In this document: piece by piece, positions 41,138 to 56,056 of the stretch | Numbering within the stretch: position 1 is the first letter of the stretch | Layout of the letters: the number at the start of each line of letters is the position of its first letter | Assembly: GCA_951406725.2 (NCBI GenBank) | Contig: OX597821.1 | Span: 70,928,001-70,992,000 of the forward strand | Source: Octopus vulgaris | Lineage: Eukaryota | Reading direction: 5' to 3' | Length of the DNA stretch: 64,000 nt | Translations under genes and position numbers: made by a program | The notes under the pieces: model-generated | What the model was told of the DNA's origin: nothing | Database searches by the model: none | Seen by the model: only the letters and a program-made list of their open reading frames with translations

Positions 41138-42518
41138 TATATATAAATACATACCCATTCCGTCAAGCACTGATGCGTTTAATTTCTTTTCATATGTAGA
41201 TCTATGTAATGGCAGAAGTTTTGTATTTGGTCCCGTATGACGTTCTGGTGATTACATCAATGACAAAAATATTAACAGCAACATTCTTACAAACATAAAA
41301 TGCATCGAACCGCATCAACATGAGACAGAACCAAGAACATCGCTACATATTCATATACATGTGATTTTGTGCATGTGTATGCATACATATAAGGGTGTAT
41401 CCTTATATATGTGTGTGTGTGAGAGAGAGAGTATGAATATATATATACACATATATATATACATATGTATATGAATGTATGTATGTATGTATGTATGTAT
41501 GTATGTATGTATGTATGTATGTATGTATGTATGTATGTATGTATGTACGTATGTATGTATGTATGTATGTATGTATGTATGTATGTATGTATGTATGTAT
41601 GTATGTATGTATGTATGAAACTCATTGACTTGCTTTTAACTTCACACTCCCAAACCAACAGCCACGGTTGACTGAAATTCGTGTAGTAAGCGTTATATCT
41701 GCCTTGAGGTTAATTCACGGATTACTTCCTTGGAGGGTGTGTCTGTAAGCATGGGACTATGTGAATGCATATTACACACACACACACACACTTTATATAT
41801 ACACACATACATATATACATACATTTATACAGAAATGTATATAATTCATTTATAGACAACAAAAAATTAAGACATCATTCCCAGACCGATGCCAACGAAA
41901 GCAACAACAATAACAAAACATTATCCACTTTCGTTATTATTCGGTGGAGTTTTTTTCTCTAAAAGGGGGGAGGCTTCTTTTGTTTTTTGTCGTGGCTTTT
42001 TATTTTATATGTATTGTAGTTTTTGTGTGTGTTTGTTCGTTTCTATCATTTGTATTTATTTCTTTATATATATTTTTTTGAAGATTTGTCTTAAGAGGAA
42101 TCTTTAGTTGGTTACTTCCTGTTCCAACACAAGAAACACAAGCGACACGAACGAGATGATATTTCTCCATCGCCGTCGACCTCGTCTTATGGATTCCATG
42201 TGTTCCACTGACGTCGTCGTTGCCTCTTCCACGGAGAAGGTGTGAAACCTGAGATTTTTCTCTTCTTCATTTCTTTTTTTGTTTTGCTTGTTTGTTTTTC
42301 GGGGTTTTTTTTTTCCAGTGATAGAGGAAAGAATGGATTACAAAAGCGATGGAGAGGGATGCTGGTGGTTGTGGGGCTGGTAGAGTGGAGATAGGAAGTG
42401 AAATGATATTTCAGCAATGGCGATATTTTTACCGGAAGTAGTATTATCGTATTGCCGTTATTATTGTTATTCTTATAAAAGTTATCACTAATGTTATTAT
42501 TCTTGTTGGTGGTGTTGC

Positions 42519-42590
<72 letters not shown>

Positions 42591-42607
42591 TATCATTATT
42601 ATTATTA

Positions 42608-42725
42608 GGCAAGTTGGCAGAATCGTTAGCGCGCTTATTTCGTCTGTCTTTACGTTCAAATTACGGGTCGATAAAATAAGTACCAGTTACGCACTGGGTC
42701 GATGTAATCGACTAGCCCTGCTCCC
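42608..42725 (+). mobile_element. SINE family B, internally deleted, after (TTA)n
   Basis: ggcaagttggcagaatcgttagc...gggtcgataaaataagtaccagtt. Confidence 0.75.
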
Positions 42726-42873
42726 AATGGAACATTCTTGCCACATTGACATGTCATCTTTTGTATTACCGTTGTACCAATTTCGGGCATTCACTAACAA
42801 TGTGCCATACTGTTTCACCCCTCTCACCACACATTCTGCATCATTATTATTAAGAATTTTAATTTTGTTGGTG

Positions 42874-42905
<32 letters not shown>

Positions 42906-42964
42906 GGTGGTGGTGGTGGTGGTGGTAGTAGTGGTGGTGGTGGTGGTAGTGGTGGTGTTACGCA

Positions 42965-43143
42965 GGGCGGTAAGCTGGTATTTCATTGAAACCTCGGGCA
43001 AAATGTTTTGCCTTATTTCTTCCCATACTAAGGAATCTGAGTTCAAATCCCGCCAGGATTTTGCTCGATAAAACAAATACCAGTTATGCACTGGGGCGAT
43101 GTCAACTTCCCGAAAATTACTGGTCTTGTATCAAAATTTGAAA
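42965..43143 (+). mobile_element. SINE family B, diverged
   Basis: ggcggtaagctgg...gggcaaaatg...tctgagttcaaatcccgcc...taccagttatgcactgggg. Confidence 0.65.
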
Positions 43144-43449
43144 CATTTTTTCAAATGAAACTGTGATCTGAAGAGGAGTTGGTTGCTATTTCTATCATTT
43201 CAAGCGAGTACATTGAGAATTTTTCGTGGCTTGTCTTGATCAAGTGGTTGCCAGTGTGTGTGTGTGTGTATATGTGTATGTGTGGGGGGGGGGTAGAATA
43301 TGGGAGCATAAAACTACTTGGTTGCGATATATGAACAGAAGGGCGGTCATGGGGCAAGGAAACTGAAAAACTTGATCTAAGTTATCGTGTAAGGAGCAAA
43401 TATCTTATATTTTAGAAAAACCTTGGAAATAAAATATTTGCTTTTATGT

Positions 43450-45440
43450 GTTCATAAGTTTAAGCTTTTGGAAACACACAGTCACCCTTTGGCTCTTCCC
43501 AATCTTTCGTTGTTCAACTCATGACAGATTGCCAAGTACAAAAGGTAGACATTGAATTTATCAAGTGGAGATCGATGGTTTGCTGTTAATTTAACTTTAT
43601 GGTAGGGAACAGAAAGGTTAAGAAGAAAAGGGGTCCACCTCACTCCTAGTTAAAATTTGTAAGGTTTAAGGAAGCGACACAGAACCGAGATGACTTGCTT
43701 CACAGCTGAAGCACAACTACTGGCATCCATCATCACATCAACAACAACAGCTGTTCAAGAATTTGAACCTGGAGATCTCCATTTCCAGCGACTTCGAGGG
43801 TCACCTCCCAGTGGTGTCGGGCGTCAACGAAGGGCCCTTGACTACAAGACGACCAAAGTTTTTTTTCCAAGGTATGGGGTCTCACGCCCCTAAGCCCTAG
43901 ACCATCACCTATTCACCCTTACCTGTCTTGTTGCTTAACAACAACAACAACAACAATCAACAACAGCAGCCATCCCACAATAACACCAAAAAGAAAACTA
44001 CAGAAAACACAGTCACAATAAAAACAACCACAAAAACAACAGCAACAATCAAACTCACAAAAATGCCCAAACGCCATCAAGTTCACTGTTGTCAAAAGAA
44101 GCCATAGTAGGTTGAGAGAGGACGTAGAACAAGATACATTTCGTATAGAAGCCATGCAGGAGGAAATAGATCGAAGGGCGGAGTTAGTGATCTAATTAGA
44201 AGAGATTGTTGGGAAATGCTTCGTTACCGACGAATTGGCGGTAAGAATGGCTCTCAGCCATTCCTTCAATTGAAACACGATTGAATGGCCGGAGCTAATG
44301 CCTTTCAACGGGCCCAAGTGGGAATGGATTGACACAGTAAGGAAGCCACAATTCTATCTCTGAATGACCGGGATCGGGGCCTGCTGTCCGTCCCTGAGCA
44401 GAGGTATAGTATTCATCAGCCCACGCTCAACTATTCGAGGTGTTCGGTGAACCGGATACGGTAATAAACATTAGTAACTTGCTCAACTGACCGCGGTGGT
44501 CCTCGGTGGAGAGCTGCGAGAACCTAACCACAGCAGCTTAGGGTTAGGGTCAGCGGAAGTCAGGTGTACGAGAGGAAAATCTCCGAGTCTGAACATCCTG
44601 AGATTTTGCATATATTTTCCCAATTTGGTCGCTGACATCGTGACAAACATCCACTTTAACTTGCAACAGAACATATGAATTCCTCGTTTTGGAACCGAGA
44701 ATAAACAACTCTACTGGCGAAGAATTTTGACAACCTCCTCTCAATAAATCTGTTATATACAGAGTTTAGAATTTTAACCACAGCGCATGTCATCGGCAGA
44801 CAGTCAAGAAAGCGCGGATTTATCCAAGCAGATTGATCTTCTATAATCTCCACCTCATGCGATACATCAGAGATAAAATAGACAAAAAGAATTTGGTTTT
44901 GATGGGGTGGGGGCATCAAAATTTACGTTAATTTAAAGTTTCGCTAAAACTGACAATCCTTAATCAGTGACTGTCTTCAGAGCAACGTCTTTCAGTTCCA
45001 TTATAGAAGCCAAGGGTACTTCAGCGTGCTCGATGATAAAAAGACGACCAATCAGAACCATTTTCAATCATACGCACCATCCGTCAAAAGTGTTTTTTCT
45101 CTTGTTTCTTTTGTAGGTGCATTCTTGAGAGCCACTGTTCCAGAAACTAGAGGCATTAAAGGTATCCCTTTCGAAATGATTCATGAAAAAGCCCAGTCGG
45201 CATATGCATAACATGTCGCTGACTCGGAAGTCGATGTGATTAAGACTGTTCTAAAGAAATATGAGACAGGAGCAAAAGATTAACCGGAACGAGTCAGGGG
45301 GCTTGCTGCTCGGTACCTAGAGAGAGGAACTGGTTCCTTGAGGTCTGTTCGATCCGAAATTCTAGCGAGTTTGGAAATGGGAACGAGACATCTCCAATGT
45401 TGAAAGCAATAGGGAGCCAATAAATCTGCCCTTGTACTCA
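43450..45440 (+). mobile_element. Decayed L1/Tx1-group LINE (ORF1 tail, endonuclease start, RT fragments)
   Basis: In order: TILSLND (~SLNVRGL), INLLYTEFRILT (~ISLLNTDYKIL), IFYNLHLMRY, PFSIIRTIRQKC (~RSVRQGCP), SAYA (~YADD), LKKYETGAK..INRNES..GLLLG. Confidence 0.7.
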
Positions 45441-45500
45441 GTCCTATCACGTGGTATAATCGAAGGAAGATATAATTGATTGAAAATTGGACAAAATATT

Positions 45501-45710
45501 AGTTTCAAATTTTGGCACAAGGCCAGCAATTCTGGGGGAAGTGGGTAAGTCGATTACATTAACCGCAGTGTTCAACTGGTACTTATTTTGTCGACCCCGA
45601 AAGGAGGAAAGGCTGAGTTGTTCTTCGTGGGGTTTGAACCCAGGACAGACAGACAAAATGGCGCTAAGCATTTTGCCTGGCATGTTAACGCTTCTGCCAG
45701 CTCGCCGCCT
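45501..45710 (-). mobile_element. SINE family B
   Basis: Ends cttctgccagctcgccgcct, the 5' end on the minus strand. Confidence 0.9.
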
Positions 45711-45729
45711 TTAAACTAGGCAAAATATT

Positions 45730-45943
45730 CCTTTCTATTCAAGGCAGAAGGCCCGAAATTTTGGTGGAGAGGGCCAGTCGATTAGATCGACCCCAGTACG
45801 CAACTGGTACTTAATTTATCGACCCTGAAAGTATGAAAGGCAAAGTGGACCTCGGTGGAATTTTGAACTCAGAACGTAAAGACAGACGAAATGCCGCTAA
45901 GCATTTTGTCTGTCGTGCTAACGTTTCTGCCATCTCGCCGCTT
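45730..45943 (-). mobile_element. SINE family B, full-length, with 19-bp flanking direct repeat
   Basis: Minus strand gcggcgagatggcagaaacgttagc...ttctgagttcaaaattcc...; flanked by ttaaactaggcaaaatatt / ttaaactcggcaaaatatt. Confidence 0.92.
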
Positions 45944-46528
45944 TTAAACTCGGCAAAATATTAACGAAGTAAAACAAAACTATTTTATTATATTATTGGT
46001 TTCGGTATTATAGATATTTGGACAAGTTTTGCAGATAATTATTATCAAAATCAATGCAATTTATTACAGCTGCTTCAACAGTAACTATAGTAACCAACTC
46101 TACAATAAATATAGATTGAGGCAAAATATCAGACGTTTCTAGAAGCCTGTATGGCCATTTCTCTCTTGACACATAGAAAGTGCAGTAACGAAATATGACA
46201 AGAACTTATTTTATTTTCCTTTTCTGGTAGTGGTGGTAGTAATGCTGGTGGTGGTGGTGATTGTGGTGGTGGTGGTGGTGGTGGTGGTGGTCGTGGTGGT
46301 GGTGGTCGTGGTGGTGGCGGTGGTGGTGGTGGTGGTAGATGGTTGGAAACGATCGTAATGACGGTACACAATGCTTGTCAATCCATAGGCTTCAGATTCA
46401 ACAAGTTCATTAAAGCACCACGCCTCTCTATTCATACACACACAGACGCAGGTACATACACACACATATATGAATTCATACACACATATACACACATAAC
46501 GACATACATATACGTGTATGTATGTGTG

Positions 46529-46585
<57 letters not shown>

Positions 46586-46777
46586 ATATTATGATGGTGG
46601 TACGCAATACTTCCAAACTTTGACCCCACAGGTTTAAAATTTCGGCGGTTCATCTAATTTATAATAGCACCACGCCTCTTTGTACAAGCGCACATGCACA
46701 TACACACACGCACGCACACACATTCACACACTCACACACATATACATTAACAAGTAAACAAACGTGTAAATATATGT

Positions 46778-46866
<89 letters not shown>

Positions 46867-47012
46867 CATATATATATATATGTATGTATATACACACACA
46901 CACACACATATATATAAATATATACACACGTATATATAATTACGTGTGCATTATAAATATGTATCAATGCATATATATACATATATACACATACATAGAA
47001 ATATAAATTCAT

Positions 47013-47085
<73 letters not shown>

Positions 47086-47599
47086 CATACAGACAGACAA
47101 ACGGGCAGTCTGGCAAGCAGGCCGACAGACGGACAAACAGAGAGACAAAGAGGCGCATATGTACACAAAGATATTTCTTCTATATATTATGTATTTATTT
47201 TACGACCATATCTTTAATACGGAATCATTTGTTAACGTTACGCCCTCATTTTTAGCAAGAACATTCTGAAAATAAACAAAATGAAATTCCAACATAAACA
47301 GCCTTTTTGGAAATAGAGTTTAGCCTGCTTCTTCTGTGGATGCTGGTGTTGTGCTGACTAAAGCCGGCTCGAGACATCGCACACCTAACACGTCTTCTTA
47401 CAATCACTTCCGGGTAGAAAAAAAATAAAGAAAAGAAAAGATGCGAATGTCTTAGAAGTGGATGGAGTTAGGTGGAGGTAGGGGTGAAGGGTTTGGACCA
47501 AGCACTTAGGAGCCTGGATATGCAAACAGGAATACCCATACGTATAGAGACATATGTGCATATATATATATATATATATATATGCTTCGGATGTGCGCG

Positions 47600-48660
47600 T
47601 GCGTATGTATGCATACATACCCACACACTCGCATGCATCCCTACCCACATACATACACGCACACCTACTCACACACACACATACACACACACACACACAT
47701 ACCCGCACACACACACACATACATACATACACACACATACCTACTTCAGACATACACACACACAGACATACACCCATACACTCACACTCACACGCATACA
47801 CACACACACATACACACGCACACGTACACATACACACACACACACACACCTACATACATACATTACACTTGTACACACACACACTTACATTCATACACAC
47901 ACACACACCTACACAGCCATACCCTCACTCAGACACACACACCTACCTAACACACACACAAACACACACAGACACACACCCATACATACATACATCTACA
48001 CACACACGCCTACACACATACATACACACATACACACACACACACACACACACAAACATGCACGGACACACCCAGACATACATACATACACCTATATACA
48101 CACGCCCACACACCTACATACACACACATGCATACACACACACACATGTACGCACATACACACACATATACGCACATACATATATACCCACACACATGCA
48201 CACACACACATACGCACATGCATGCATGCATGCACACGCGCACACCTACACGCATACACACACACACACACGCACGTACACATACATACATACACACACA
48301 CATACATACACCCATACACATACATGCATCCTACACACACATACATACACACTCACACATACATACACACACACACACTCACTCACACACCTGTATGTAC
48401 GCGCACACACATGCACATACACACACTTCCACACACCCACACGTACATACATACACACTCATACACATACACACACACACACACACGGACATACATCTAT
48501 GCACACACATATATACACACATACTCACATACATTCATCGGACACACTGACACCCAGACATACACACAGACACACTCACACATCCACACACATACATACT
48601 TACGCGCATACTCGCAGGTGCGCGCACACACGCGCTTGCGCCGGTTCGCGCACGCATACG
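47600..48660. repeat. ~1-kb degenerate (CA)-rich low-complexity tract
   Basis: Scrambled CA/CATA/CACG repeats; source of the 408 and 425 aa His/Thr ORFs. Confidence 0.9.
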
Positions 48661-48669
48661 CGCTGCATG

Positions 48670-48990
48670 CACCTCGCTCTTGGACCCGACGAGACCTCCC
48701 GCTCGTTCCTGGGACCGTCGCTTGTCGTTGGGTTCTCTTGTTATCGTAAACTTCCGCCTTTCACCATGTGTACTTCGTAAACACCAGTCGTTTTTTTCTC
48801 CATCTCCTGTTGCCCGCTTTGGGATCTTTCTTTCCTCTCTCTTCCTTCTTTATGTTTCCGACGAAGAGCTCCGCTCGAAACGTCATACCTTCCTGCTTCC
48901 ATATTTCCTGAGCGCCTATTAATAATAATACTGTAATTGTTCCACTGTTGTTGTTTTTTTTTTTTGTTTTCCCGTTTGGATTAAAATTAT
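48670..48990 (+). mobile_element. PLE pLTR-type module with HHR variant at 48854-48888
   Basis: gttt-CCGACGA-agagc tcc gctc-GAAACGTC-atac; homologous to 34655-34862. Confidence 0.7.
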
Positions 48991-49002
48991 ATATATATAC
49001 AT

Positions 49003-49054
<52 letters not shown>

Positions 49055-49227
49055 AATTTAAATATAAATTATATATTAGATATTTTATAAGTATATATGG
49101 TTGTTATTATATAATATATAATTATAATTAAGGATGTAATTATAATTATAATACAGTAATAAACACCGATATGGTTGTTATTATACGTGGTCATTGATAA
49201 AATCATTTTTAACGATTTTTATCCGCA

Positions 49228-49275
<48 letters not shown>

Positions 49276-49625
49276 ATGTGTGTGTGTGTGCGTGTATGTA
49301 TGTATATGTATATACATATATATATATATGTGTGTGTGTGTGTGTATGTAACTGTATATATATATATACATATATGCGTGTGTATGTGTTTGTGTTTTCA
49401 TCTATATACATACATATACATACATATAGATAGATAGATATATGAGCTGATATCTATATATATATACGTGTCCAGCACACATACACACGCACATATACAT
49501 ATACATACACACATATATACACACACACACTCACACAATCGTATGTTCCTCGTCTTTCTTGATAATCTTCATCCCTTTCACCCTTACAATAACACTGAGC
49601 TTCGTCTTCGTCACGTCCAACACCA

Positions 49626-50185
<560 letters not shown>

Positions 50186-50589
50186 TTATAACACATTTGT
50201 TTGTAATAAGACACACTCCCATTTCGAGTAAAAACCAAACGGAAATTATCTACAAGCGCCTCCTCTCACTCGAATGGAGATTCTGTTGATCAGGAACTGT
50301 TTTATTAACATTTTTCTTGGCGTGGTTCTTTATTCGCGAAACTCTGTCTCTTTGTGGTGAGAAGGTCAAACGCTTTTCATTCATCTCTCGCCATTTCCTT
50401 CACGTTTTCTTTCACTGGCTCTGTTTTTTTTTTTCAGTCTTTCTCTCTTACCGTATCTTTCATTCAATCTCTTTCTCTCTTTCTCCCAATTTTGACAATC
50501 GTTAACTGAAATATAAATTTGTATATTTTCCCAAATTTCCTTTTTTTTAAACTTGCACGTGCAGGTGTGTGTGTGTATAATGGTGCATC

Positions 50590-50886
<297 letters not shown>

Positions 50887-51356
50887 TTTCACCGAACCAA
50901 CCTTCCGATGGCCGTTTGGTTCTCTGTAGATGAACACCAGAAACAATAAGAGAAAACTTGGTGCATGCTTTGCAGCCATACTCGCTGGCTAACGATAGAC
51001 TTATTGACGGGTCCTTCGTCGGTTTCAATGAGGTGTATGAACGTCTGACTGTGCACCCTTAAGTAATTCCTAAATAGAATCAGGGTCCGATCCTTAAATT
51101 GCAGTCAAAGCCCATGTTGCAAGGTTTCATAGGAAGCTATGACGTCAAACATAAGGAGTACAACCTATACTACACGCGAATACATAAAGAGTACGCCCTT
51201 ACTATGAGGTCATACATAAGAAGTACGCCCTGTACTCGACTTCTGTTTTTCTCTGAAGCAGAAGCATATTGAGTCATAAAACCAGGTTATTAGTTTCGCT
51301 ACGCCCAAGCGAAATATTAAAGGATACATATTACACTATCGTTTTTTTTTAAATTA

Positions 51357-51612
51357 TCTTTTGCTTACTTCGGTCATTAGATTGGGGCCATGCTGGGGCA
51401 CCACCTTGATAAACTTTTGGTCCAATGAATCGACCCCAAGACTTTTTTTTAGTTTATTACTTATTCTATTTATCCCTTTTGCCAAACCGCTATGCTATGA
51501 GGACGTAAACACACAAACATCGATTGTCAAACGGTAGTGGGGACAAACGCAAACACAAGGTCACACACACATAGATATATGCATATACATATATATATAT
51601 ATACATATCCAT

Positions 51613-51678
<66 letters not shown>

Positions 51679-51837
51679 GACCGCTAACTCCACAAATTCT
51701 TTTCTTCTCACTGTGTTTATTTTCTCGTGTTCTTTTCTGTTGAAGAGCGTTGGCTCAAAACATAAAAGACTTTCCTACTTTCCTGGGCGTCAAACTAATA
51801 CACCTGTCTTCGTCTTTTGTTTTTCTGTAAATTTCAA

Positions 51838-51877
<40 letters not shown>

Positions 51878-52036
51878 CGGACTTCTTACAGTTTCCGTCT
51901 ACCAAATCTACTCAAGGCTTTGGTCGGCTCCGGTCTATAGTAAAAGACACTTGTCCAAGGTGCCACGCAGTGAAACTTGAACCCGCAACCATGTGATTGG
52001 GAAGTAAACTTCTTACCACACAGTCACGCCTGCGCC
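51357..52036 (-). mobile_element. Family A SINE with a PLE-type module (51677-51840) nested in its internal microsatellite
   Basis: 3' half at 51357-51570 and 5' half at 51876-52036; the insert carries a degenerate CTGTTGA-agagc gttg gctc-AAAAC-ATA. Confidence 0.82.
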
Positions 52037-52044
52037 ATTTATTT

Positions 52045-52236
52045 CTTTCTTCTAAAGGTAGAAGGACCAGTAATTTTAGTGGGAAGGAACAATTCAATTA
52101 CATCGAGCCCAGAGTTCGATTAGTAATTCTCTTATCGATCCTCGAAAGGATAAAAGGCAAGGTCAACCTCAGAAGAATTTAAACTCGGAATAAAGCATTT
52201 TCTCCGGTGGCCAAACGATCACAGTCGTCTCCACCT
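52045..52236 (-). mobile_element. SINE family B, diverged
   Basis: ttatcgatcctcgaaaggataaaaggcaaggtcaacctc. Confidence 0.7.
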
Positions 52237-52409
52237 TATGATTATATACATTATGAATACATATTGTGATTGTAGCCTATCAACCGTCTATGTCCGGTTT
52301 CCATGTCAGCCCGAATCGGACGGGTCATCCTGATACGATTTCATTCTCACCTTTATATATATATATTGTTATCTATTTACTTATTATCGTTATTATTGTT
52401 ATTATTTGT

Positions 52410-53195
52410 TATTCAGTGAGGGAGGAGCACACGCCACCAAATTGACACTGAGGTACAAATATACGAAGTCCAATATACCCACCATGGCTATCCGTTTGAT
52501 AAGTGTATACCACATGCATGTATCACAACCATGTGTGTGCGACATGGTGACCTCGTATCAAAATAAAACCTGCATGACCATGCAGGTGGGGTGCCCAGTT
52601 AGAATTTTCTTCGGGTCGAGAACCCATGTCACAGATTTGCTTGTCAGTTGTTTGACCTTAACCTGTTGAGCATGTCCCTTAGTGGCTGACGATATGTGCA
52701 TCTCTGATCACGAGCAGAAGGTCTTTGAATAAGGGTTGTTCAAGGATGATGTACGAAACACCCACGTTTCCAGGAGTGAAATATTCAAACCCTAAAGAAT
52801 CCTTTTCAACACATAGCTATGATGTCCCTACCCCCGCTACTTCTGCTCGTGATCAGAGATGCACATATCACGAGCAGAAGGTCTTTGAATAAGGGTTGTT
52901 CAAGGATGATGTACGAAACACCCACGTTTCCAGGAGTGAAATATTCAAACCCTAAAGAATCCTTTTCAACACATAGCTATGATGTCCCTACCCCCGCTAC
53001 TTCTGCTCGTGATCAGAGATGCACATATCGTCTGCCACCAATTGACGTGCTCAACTGGTTAAGATCAAACAATTGATTGCAAGTCTCTGGCATTGAGCAG
53101 AATATTTGTTGCAGCTCATCTTTGACATCAACACAAAACATGTCACATAACTCTTCCAATCAGTTAAGATCAGAAACCGGGAATTGCATCAGGGC
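52410..53195. repeat. Interspersed repeat with a perfect 160-bp tandem duplication enclosed by an ~85-bp inverted repeat
   Basis: 52707-52869 is identical to 52867-53029; 52636-52720 is the imperfect reverse complement of 53000-53084. Confidence 0.9.
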
Positions 53196-53218
53196 ATTAT
53201 TATTTATTATTATTATTA

Positions 53219-53295
<77 letters not shown>

Positions 53296-53317
53296 GTTTT
53301 TCCTTCTTTCTTCAAAT

Positions 53318-53385
<68 letters not shown>

Positions 53386-53389
53386 TGAA

Positions 53390-53965
53390 AGACTCTCGGA
53401 TAGTTCTTAATCACCGGTTATTCTATACTTGAAAGCAGGCAATAACAAACCACCAAAGGTTTCAAGTAGTGCCTTCTCCTGTGTCTCAAAGAGACAATAC
53501 TCTCCTTAGAATGTGAGTTGTACCCAACAATGCTGTCTTCTGGATCACCTCGAACCTGACAGCAGCTCCAATATTCTCATTATGTTTTTCAAAGCCTTTG
53601 GAAACAGCTCTTAATGATCCAATTACCACCGGTATCACCATTACTTTCCCCTTAACTTTCTTATCTCGTCCCGCAGTTGCTGGTATTTCTCAATCTTTTG
53701 TTTCCTTACATTTCACCTTCGAATCGCTTGGTACTGTAACATCTATTAACTTTACTTCTTTTTCATTTTTTTGGATGATCACCATATCTGGTCGTGTCGC
53801 CTCTATAACTTGGTCGCACTCCATGTTAAAATCCCAGAGTATCTTGTAATGTTCGTTTTCCATTACTCCTTCTGGCTTGTGTTCATACCATTGTTCGGCT
53901 CTCTCGAGGTTTGCTCTACCGCACTACAGCCAGTGGACATATCTAGCTACATTGTCTTGTCTTAC

Positions 53966-53966
<1 letters not shown>
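53390..53966 (-). mobile_element. R4/Dong-like RLE non-LTR retrotransposon 3' fragment
   Basis: DNVARYVHW...WYEHKPEGVMENEHYKILWDFNMECDQVIEATRPDMVII...IDVTVPSD...VIPVVIGSL...IQKTALLG; bounded by trinucleotide tracts. Confidence 0.85.
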
Positions 53967-54040
<74 letters not shown>

Positions 54041-54071
54041 GATTATTATTATTATTATTACGATTATTATT

Positions 54072-54430
54072 CAGTAGTCCTATTTTTATATCGTGCTTTC
54101 ACTGCACTACCCAGTGCAGCCCTGTGTGCCTTGGATATGTGCTGTGGTTTGTTGTGCTCCTCTTATTTTCACTGTATTGAAAGTGCTTTTCGTAGGATGT
54201 GTGCGCTGCCTAGTAGTGCTATTTTCTCTATGTTATAGATACATTCGTAAGTCCTGGTGTTTTGCTTACGGATCTCTCTGAATGTTTTCTATTTACACCT
54301 AATGCCCCTATTATTATAGAGATTGTTTCTGTTGTTAGGCTCCACATTCGAGTTACCCCTATTTCCAGATTCTTCTATTTTGAGAATTTCTCCGTCATCT
54401 ATTGCTACATCATTGCTACATCGATCTGAA
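54072..54430 (-). mobile_element. Second R4/Dong-like 3' end between (TTA)n tracts
   Basis: GALGV...PGLTNV...KIALLGSAHILRKALSIQ*. Confidence 0.75.
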
Positions 54431-54433
54431 GGC

Positions 54434-54505
<72 letters not shown>

Positions 54506-54745
54506 GTAAAGTATACTAGCCATCTCAATATGGCTAACCACTAAGTGTGGGTGTTACTGTAGCTTTTAGCCCCAGGAGATCATCGTCACTAGCTGGCTTT
54601 AGGCACACTTTCTGTGCCCTTATGGTATTTGAAAAGGGAGGTCATCCCTCTCTCGTCAACCTAAGTGATACTCACGGACTGCAGTTTCTAGGTATTTGCC
54701 TGTCTTCGGCGTACGACAATCACCGGTTTTCGAACCGTTCAGAGA
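54506..54745 (-). mobile_element. Third probable RLE-LINE 3' end between (TTA)n tracts
   Basis: KTGKYLETAVREYHLG* resembles the RLE C-terminal helix, followed by a short UTR. Confidence 0.4.
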
Positions 54746-54833
54746 TTTATTATTATTATTATTATTATTGTTATTATTATCATTATTGTTGTTGTTGTTG
54801 CTGTTGTTGCTGTTGTTGTTGTTGTTGTTGTTA

Positions 54834-54898
<65 letters not shown>

Positions 54899-55396
54899 GC
54901 CTAATGTTGTCACGACTAAACTCTTTGTAAAACGAACCATTTTGCTACGTATATCGGATGCACTGTATTGCACAACCTGCACGAGAGAGCTAGCTTTGCT
55001 ACTATAATATGTGTGCATGTGTGAGTATGCATGTATGCATACGGGCGTTATCATGTGTGTGTATGTATCTATGCCCGTACAAATGCGCAAAATTAACATG
55101 TTTGTGCGTGTATATACATATATATATATATATTTATATATATATATATATGTGCATTGATGTATGAATATAGATATATGCATATATACATATATATGGG
55201 GAAAAAGTCAAGATAGAAAATCCTAAAATAATTTTATAAAAAAACATTTCAGTATCGGTTTCAGACATTGAGACTTTTTCAACTATAACAATTAAATAAT
55301 TAAATTTAGAAAAAATAAAGGAAAATTTTTAATATAAAAATATATGTATATATACATATATAAATATATGTATGTGTGTATATATATATAAGAATA

Positions 55397-55432
<36 letters not shown>

Positions 55433-55480
55433 GTGTGTGTGTGTGTGTGTATATATGTATACACCAATACATATGTGTGA

Positions 55481-55528
<48 letters not shown>

Positions 55529-56056
55529 AGATATATATGCGTGTGTGTATGTATATATATATGTGTGTGTGTGTGTGTGCGTGTGTGTGTGTGTGTGTAC
55601 ATATATATTTGTACATGTATAAATTCAAATATATTGTATGTGTATGTGAGTATGTGTGTCTAAATGCATATATATATATATATATATCATTGCGTCTAAA
55701 TGTGATGATATCTAAGTATTTTCGATCCCACGGTCGCACGGTCCCACGGTGCGGACACATATGAAAATCCAATTGAGACAGTACAAAGCAAGGTTACGTC
55801 CCTTTGCCACGGTGTTCTGAGCAATCCTTCCGTTGGAAACTGGTCGTGTTGATCTCATTAAACGCAACATTGCACAACACCCATGTTCTACAGACAAGAC
55901 AAGATGTTCAAACTGAGATGACCAAAACCAGCTTCCGAAAGAGGTTTCCGGTGCCTCATCCCTAACAGCCATCCTCTATAACAGGCGTGTGCGTATGTGT
56001 TCATGCATATGCGTGTGTACGTGTGCATATGCATAAATATATGTATGCATGTGTGT

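Noticed and set aside
42120-42250. GC-richer block with open frames on the minus strand, a possible exon
   Set aside because: The putative acceptor is preceded by purines rather than a polypyrimidine tract, and the peptides resemble no family I recognise
47472-48780. 408 and 425 aa His/Thr-rich ORFs
   Set aside because: Translation of a degenerate CA tract that lacks stops by composition; overlapping frames are open and no domain is evident
51149-51238. CRISPR-like repeat-spacer pattern
   Set aside because: Eukaryotic context, diverged repeats, linkers of only ~10 nt and no cas genes
55240-55290. HHR-like TTGAAAA...GAAAC on the minus strand
   Set aside because: Too many core mismatches to call, although it may be a decayed PLE module
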